DNA of 64,000 bases, from positions 2,645 through 66,644 of the forward strand of contig CAJUII010000006.1 in NCBI GenBank assembly GCA_910586405.1, written 5' to 3'. This document shows, in pieces, positions 60,254 to 64,000 of the stretch. Every line of letters begins with the position of its first letter. Positions within the stretch are counted from its first letter, which is position 1. The notes under the pieces are model-generated. The model worked only from the letters and a program-made list of their open reading frames with translations. It had not been told where the DNA came from and searched no databases. This stretch comes from an uncultured Lachnospiraceae bacterium (GTDB lineage: Bacteria; Bacillota; Clostridia; Lachnospirales; Lachnospiraceae). The translations under genes and the position numbers were made by a program.

Positions 60254-60811
60254 TTATTCTAAATCTGCATTATACTGCGCTCTCTCCCCACCGATAAACT
60301 TTGGTCTTGTCCTAGCGCATACGATATGTGCACCGCCTATAACTGGGTGCTCTATCCGCACTGGCACTGCGACTGGTCTCAAATGCATACCGATCAGCGT
60401 ATCGCCAATATCAATTCCCGCATGTGCCTGAATATTCGCCACCGCCACCGGATTTTCCATGTGTTTCCATGCCGCGGTCGAAAATGAACCGCCCGCCTTT
60501 GGCTGTGGAACTACATTGACAATTTCATAGCCGAAGCGTTCCGCGTCTGCCTCCGTCATAATCAGCGCTCTGTTGAGATGCTCACAGCACTGTGTTGCAA
60601 CAGAGAGTCCCGCTTGTCGAAGTTCCTCATAGATTGCCAGAAACACAGCCTCCCCAAGCATCTCATTCGAGTATGAACCAATCTGATGAGATGCAATCTC
60701 ACTCGTCGAACAGCCAATCACCACTAGATTTCCCTTTCTGAGTTTTGCCTGCGTTAAAAATTCCGAGACCACCATTCTCGCATCATTTGTTTCTTTCTCA
60801 AATTCACACAT
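60254..60811 (-). CDS. YwlG/TIGR01440 family protein
   Basis: GCSTSE, QCCEHLNRAL, GIDIGDTLIGMH, TRPKFIGG.RA. Confidence 0.9.
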   Translation of the reverse strand: MCEFEKETNDARMVVSEFLTQAKLRKGNLVVIGCSTSEIASHQIGSYSNEMLGEAVFLAIYEELRQAGLSVATQCCEHLNRALIMTEADAERFGYEIVNVVPQPKAGGSFSTAAWKHMENPVAVANIQAHAGIDIGDTLIGMHLRPVAVPVRIEHPVIGGAHIVCARTRPKFIGGERAQYNADLE

Positions 60812-60814
60812 TTT

Positions 60815-61049
60815 TTATTCCTCTTTTCTACATTCTCTTTTATATACTTTCTTTTTATATTCTCTTTTTTATATTCTCTTTTTTATATTTTCTTTTTTGC
60901 ACTCTCTTTTATATACTTTCTTTTTATATTCTCTTTTTTACATTTTTCTTTTATATTTTCTTTTTTACATTCTCTTTTCTATATACCTTTCTCTATATTC
61001 TTTTCTATATACCTTTCTTTATATCCTCTTTTCTATATATCTTTTTCTA
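60815..61049. repeat. Degenerate tandem repeat, about 17 units of 12-16 nt (consensus TATAAAAAAGAGAA on minus strand)
   Basis: Parsed by eye; fills the whole intergenic gap. Confidence 0.85.
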
Positions 61050-62114
61050 TATTGAATCCCATTTCCCGACAAGCCGCTTAAGCAGAGGTATTCTTCCTAA
61101 TAATATCGTACCCATCCAAGCTGACGCCAATACAATCACAGCTTCAAATGCATTGAGGACATACGAAGGGTGCACATTCCATGTAAAACGCTGAATCAGA
61201 AATATAACGAAATATTCTGATAAAATATAAATCCCCATACTGTCAGCACCTAGCCGTCTCAGCATATTCAGTCCACTCACGCTTGCGTTTCGCACAGACA
61301 GATACTGCCACAATAAGATAAAAAATAAGCTGCCGACAAAACCGATTATCAATCTATAGCAGTCTATCCATAATTGTCTTCCAACCTGTTTTCCAATCAG
61401 CTTATACCCGCTCAGATAAATCAGGATATCTTCATCATAATATACGAACAGTACTGCAAAAGCAAGCCCTGATAACAATAGCATCCAGAGCCTCGGTTTA
61501 AAATCCAACTGCCATCGCTTACCATGCATAAAATCATGCGCATAATATCCAAACAGAAAATAAGGCAGCATATACTTATAGGCTCCCAGCCCCAATCCAT
61601 CAGGAATCACAAACAGCAGCAAAAATCCCAATCCGTACAAGATAATAGCATCCCTGAACATATAATGCATCAAACACACAATCAGAAAACACCACCATAC
61701 AGCCCACAAAAACCAAAGCTTGTGTAATGCATTATAAAAATATACAAATATCAGCGCCTCTGGCTGTGCATTCCCATTTACAAAGTTGAGAATCAATATC
61801 CGAACATAATCCATTGCTGTCCACAAAAAAATGGGAACCAGCAACGACGCTGCACGTCTTTTTATCAAAGATATCCGTTCGCGATTCGTTGCAGACTGGT
61901 TGATACTTCTCCAGTTTAGATACCCGCTGACCATCATAAACAACGGCATGTGAAAACTGTAGATCAATTGATAAAGTCTGTCCCCAAAGTACAACTGCTC
62001 TGTCTGAACTGCCGCACCGCTTCCCTCCTGTATGCAATGTCCCATCACAACCAGAATGATCGCGAACCCTCTCAAAAGATCAGGCAATGGTTCTCTTTCT
62101 CTTTTATTCTCCAT
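61047..62114 (-). CDS. Acyltransferase family 3 membrane protein
   Basis: DLLRGFAIILVVMGH, IYSFHMPLFMMVSGY, LWFL, LG..SMGIY. Confidence 0.88.
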   Translation of the reverse strand: MENKREREPLPDLLRGFAIILVVMGHCIQEGSGAAVQTEQLYFGDRLYQLIYSFHMPLFMMVSGYLNWRSINQSATNRERISLIKRRAASLLVPIFLWTAMDYVRILILNFVNGNAQPEALIFVYFYNALHKLWFLWAVWWCFLIVCLMHYMFRDAIILYGLGFLLLFVIPDGLGLGAYKYMLPYFLFGYYAHDFMHGKRWQLDFKPRLWMLLLSGLAFAVLFVYYDEDILIYLSGYKLIGKQVGRQLWIDCYRLIIGFVGSLFFILLWQYLSVRNASVSGLNMLRRLGADSMGIYILSEYFVIFLIQRFTWNVHPSYVLNAFEAVIVLASAWMGTILLGRIPLLKRLVGKWDSI

Positions 62115-62185
62115 TTATTTTTCCCCTTGTTCATATCCCCACACATAAACTTAACATAATCAATAAATATTTTCAATATTTCAAA

Positions 62186-62214
62186 TTGACAAATATACAA
62201 GATAGCGTTATGAT
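62186..62214 (+). promoter_or_regulatory. SigA promoter of dapL
   Basis: TTGACA-17-TATGAT. Confidence 0.75.
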
Positions 62215-62260
62215 TACTATAGTGTTCCTAATAAGAACAACTATAAAGGAGGATTCTATT

Positions 62261-63457
62261 ATGCCAATATTAAATGAAAATTACTTAAACCTCAAAGAGA
62301 GTTATCTCTTTTCAGAAATTGCACACCGCGTAAACAATTACATCGTCCATAACCCAGACAAAAAGGTGATTCGTCTTGGGATTGGTGACGTGACACTGCC
62401 GATCGGTCCAACGGTTATTGCCAAGCTCCACGAAGGTGTTGAAGAGCTTGGCAGCGCAGACACCTTCAAAGGATATGGACCAGAACAAGGTTATGAGTTT
62501 CTTCGCAGTGCCATTGTTGATTATTACAGCCAGAATAAGATCTCTATTGTATCCGACGAAGTATTTGTATCTGATGGCGCCAAGAGTGATACCGGAAACA
62601 TCACGGACCTCTTTGACAAAGACAATGTCATCTTGATTCCTGACCCTGTTTATCCAGTATATGTTGATACCAATATTATGAATGGGCGAAAGATCACTTA
62701 TCTCGATGCCAATGAGACAAATCAATTCCTGCCCATGCCTGACCCCAAGACCCATGCTGATATCATATACATCTGCTCACCAAACAATCCCACCGGAGCC
62801 ACTTACAACAAAGAACAGTTAAAAGAATGGGTAGATTATGCGCTAGAAAATGATGCAATTATTTTATTTGACGCCGCTTATGAGTGCTTTATAACCGATG
62901 CAGCGCTTCCAAGAAGTATCTACGCAATTGAAGGAGCCAGAAAATGTGCAATTGAGTTTTGTTCCCTCTCCAAGACAGCAGGCTTCACAGGAACACGCTG
63001 TGGATACACCATCGTTCCAAAAGATCTGAAATTTACCACCTCAACTGGAATAGAGATATCTTTAAATGCTATGTGGAACCGTCGTCAAACTACGAAATTC
63101 AACGGCGTATCCTATATTGTGCAAAAGGGCGCAGCAGCAGTCTTTTCAGCGGAGGGTATGGCACAGTGCAGAGAAAATATAAAATATTATCAGGAGAATG
63201 CACGAATTATCGCTGCCGGTCTATCTCAAAAAGGCATTCGCTGTTTTGGCGGTGTCAATTCCCCTTATATATGGTTTAAATGTCCAAACGACATGGATTC
63301 TTGGGATTTCTTTGACGAACTTCTGACAAAAGCGCAGGTAGTTGGTACCCCCGGCGCAGGTTTTGGCAAAAACGGACAAAAATTTTTCCGGCTTACCTCA
63401 TTTGGAAACCGTGAAAATACGATCGAAGCAATGGCAAGAATTGATAAATTATTGTAG
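62261..63457 (+). CDS. dapL: LL-diaminopimelate aminotransferase
   Basis: SYLF, LGIGDVT, GYGPEQG, SDGAK, SLSKTAGFTGTRC, TTKFNG; AAGGAGG RBS. Confidence 0.95.
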   Translation: MPILNENYLNLKESYLFSEIAHRVNNYIVHNPDKKVIRLGIGDVTLPIGPTVIAKLHEGVEELGSADTFKGYGPEQGYEFLRSAIVDYYSQNKISIVSDEVFVSDGAKSDTGNITDLFDKDNVILIPDPVYPVYVDTNIMNGRKITYLDANETNQFLPMPDPKTHADIIYICSPNNPTGATYNKEQLKEWVDYALENDAIILFDAAYECFITDAALPRSIYAIEGARKCAIEFCSLSKTAGFTGTRCGYTIVPKDLKFTTSTGIEISLNAMWNRRQTTKFNGVSYIVQKGAAAVFSAEGMAQCRENIKYYQENARIIAAGLSQKGIRCFGGVNSPYIWFKCPNDMDSWDFFDELLTKAQVVGTPGAGFGKNGQKFFRLTSFGNRENTIEAMARIDKLL

Positions 63458-63463
63458 CATTAC

Positions 63464-63501
63464 AAAACCCCTCTGACGGACTGATCTGCCAGAGGGGTCT
63501 T
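63464..63501. terminator. Bidirectional terminator
   Basis: ACCCCTCTG...CAGAGGGGT between convergent genes. Confidence 0.75.
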
Positions 63502-63526
63502 ATGCTTTTTGCGAAGTACCCATGCA

Positions 63527-63739
63527 TCATGCGAGTACAACGTTTGCTGCTCTAAGTTTAGAGCTGTTCTTTGGGTCCTGCTCAATATCGAAAGTAACCT
63601 TCTGACCCTCTTCCAGCGTCTTATATCCTTCAGACATAATTGCCGAAAAGTGAACAAATACGTCTTCTCCTGTACTTTCATTTGTAATGAATCCATAACC
63701 TTTTTGAGCGTTAAACCACTTCACTGTTCCATTGTTCAT
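63527..63739 (-). CDS. Cold-shock protein (70 aa), second paralogue
   Basis: [30 protein letters not shown]. Confidence 0.95.
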   Translation of the reverse strand: MNNGTVKWFNAQKGYGFITNESTGEDVFVHFSAIMSEGYKTLEEGQKVTFDIEQDPKNSSKLRAANVVLA

Positions 63740-63784
63740 ATTTAGAACCTCCATTATTAATATTTATGTACTCTACATACGCCT

Positions 63785-63835
63785 AAAAAAACTGACTTGT
63801 CTGCATCAAATGGAATGATTTGCAGAACAAGTCAG
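63785..63835 (-). terminator. Terminator-like hairpin upstream of the csp start
   Basis: CTGACTTGTTCTGCA...TGCAGACAAGTCAG followed by T7. Confidence 0.7.
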
Positions 63836-63862
63836 CTCATAGTTCTAATTGAATACTATAAA

Positions 63863-63891
63863 ATTTTAACACCTTTATAGCATAAAGTCAA
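63863..63891 (-). promoter_or_regulatory. SigA promoter
   Basis: TTGACT-17-TAAAAT with extended TG. Confidence 0.7.
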
Positions 63892-63959
63892 TAAAATTTT
63901 ATAAAATCAGTCGTAAAATACCGATTTCGTCCATAATATAAACTTCTACGCATAAAAAA

Positions 63960-64000
63960 TAGCGAAGGGGGGATTCGAACCCTCGACACCACGGGTATGA
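63960..64000 (-). tRNA. tRNA with CAT anticodon, probably elongator tRNA-Met (3' half; 5' half outside window)
   Basis: Reverse complement TCATACCCGTGGTGTCGAGGGTTCGAATCCCCCCTTCGCTA: anticodon CAT, T-loop GTTCGAATC; no encoded CCA. Confidence 0.85.

Noticed and set aside
60815..61049. Possible CRISPR array
   Set aside because: Units are short, contiguous and degenerate, with no unique spacers and no cas genes
60745..61194. 149-aa F/Y/I/L-rich ORF on the plus strand
   Set aside because: It is the translation of the pyrimidine strand of the minisatellite, has no RBS and overlaps two real genes in antisense

Overview
Core chromosomal segment of a spore-forming, probably motile Clostridia bacterium (Lachnospiraceae-like, inferred from gene content and order). 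It carries the pcrA 5' end, an NMT1/YtlA-type binding lipoprotein, an L,D-transpeptidase, yerC/hisR, two cold-shock genes, a lysine-riboswitch-dapA-dapB-hisA unit, ssb, typA, a SleC-like spore cortex enzyme, PBP1A, recJ, secDF, the SCIFF ranthipeptide pair, a GH25 lysozyme, an MCP, spoIIGA-sigE-sigG, a reduced dcw cluster (mraZ to ftsZ), polC-ispG-rseP-dxr-cdsA-uppS-frr-pyrH, a bactofilin/deacetylase/acyltransferase group, dapL and a truncated tRNA-Met. I saw no mobile element, prophage or CRISPR array. The best novelty candidates are non-coding: (1) a roughly 80-nt candidate small RNA between PBP1A and recJ with a C-rich anti-Shine-Dalgarno segment and a response-regulator-type direct-repeat promoter; (2) a strong-SD micro-ORF inside the lysine riboswitch terminator; (3) a terminator in a cold-shock gene leader; (4) a 17-unit purine minisatellite. 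Protein-level candidates are a catalytically dead M23 protein, an extended bactofilin and an unexplained 773-aa cNMP-domain protein. All assignments come from reading the sequence by eye; no database search or folding program was run. Many starts were moved from the ORF track to RBS-supported codons.
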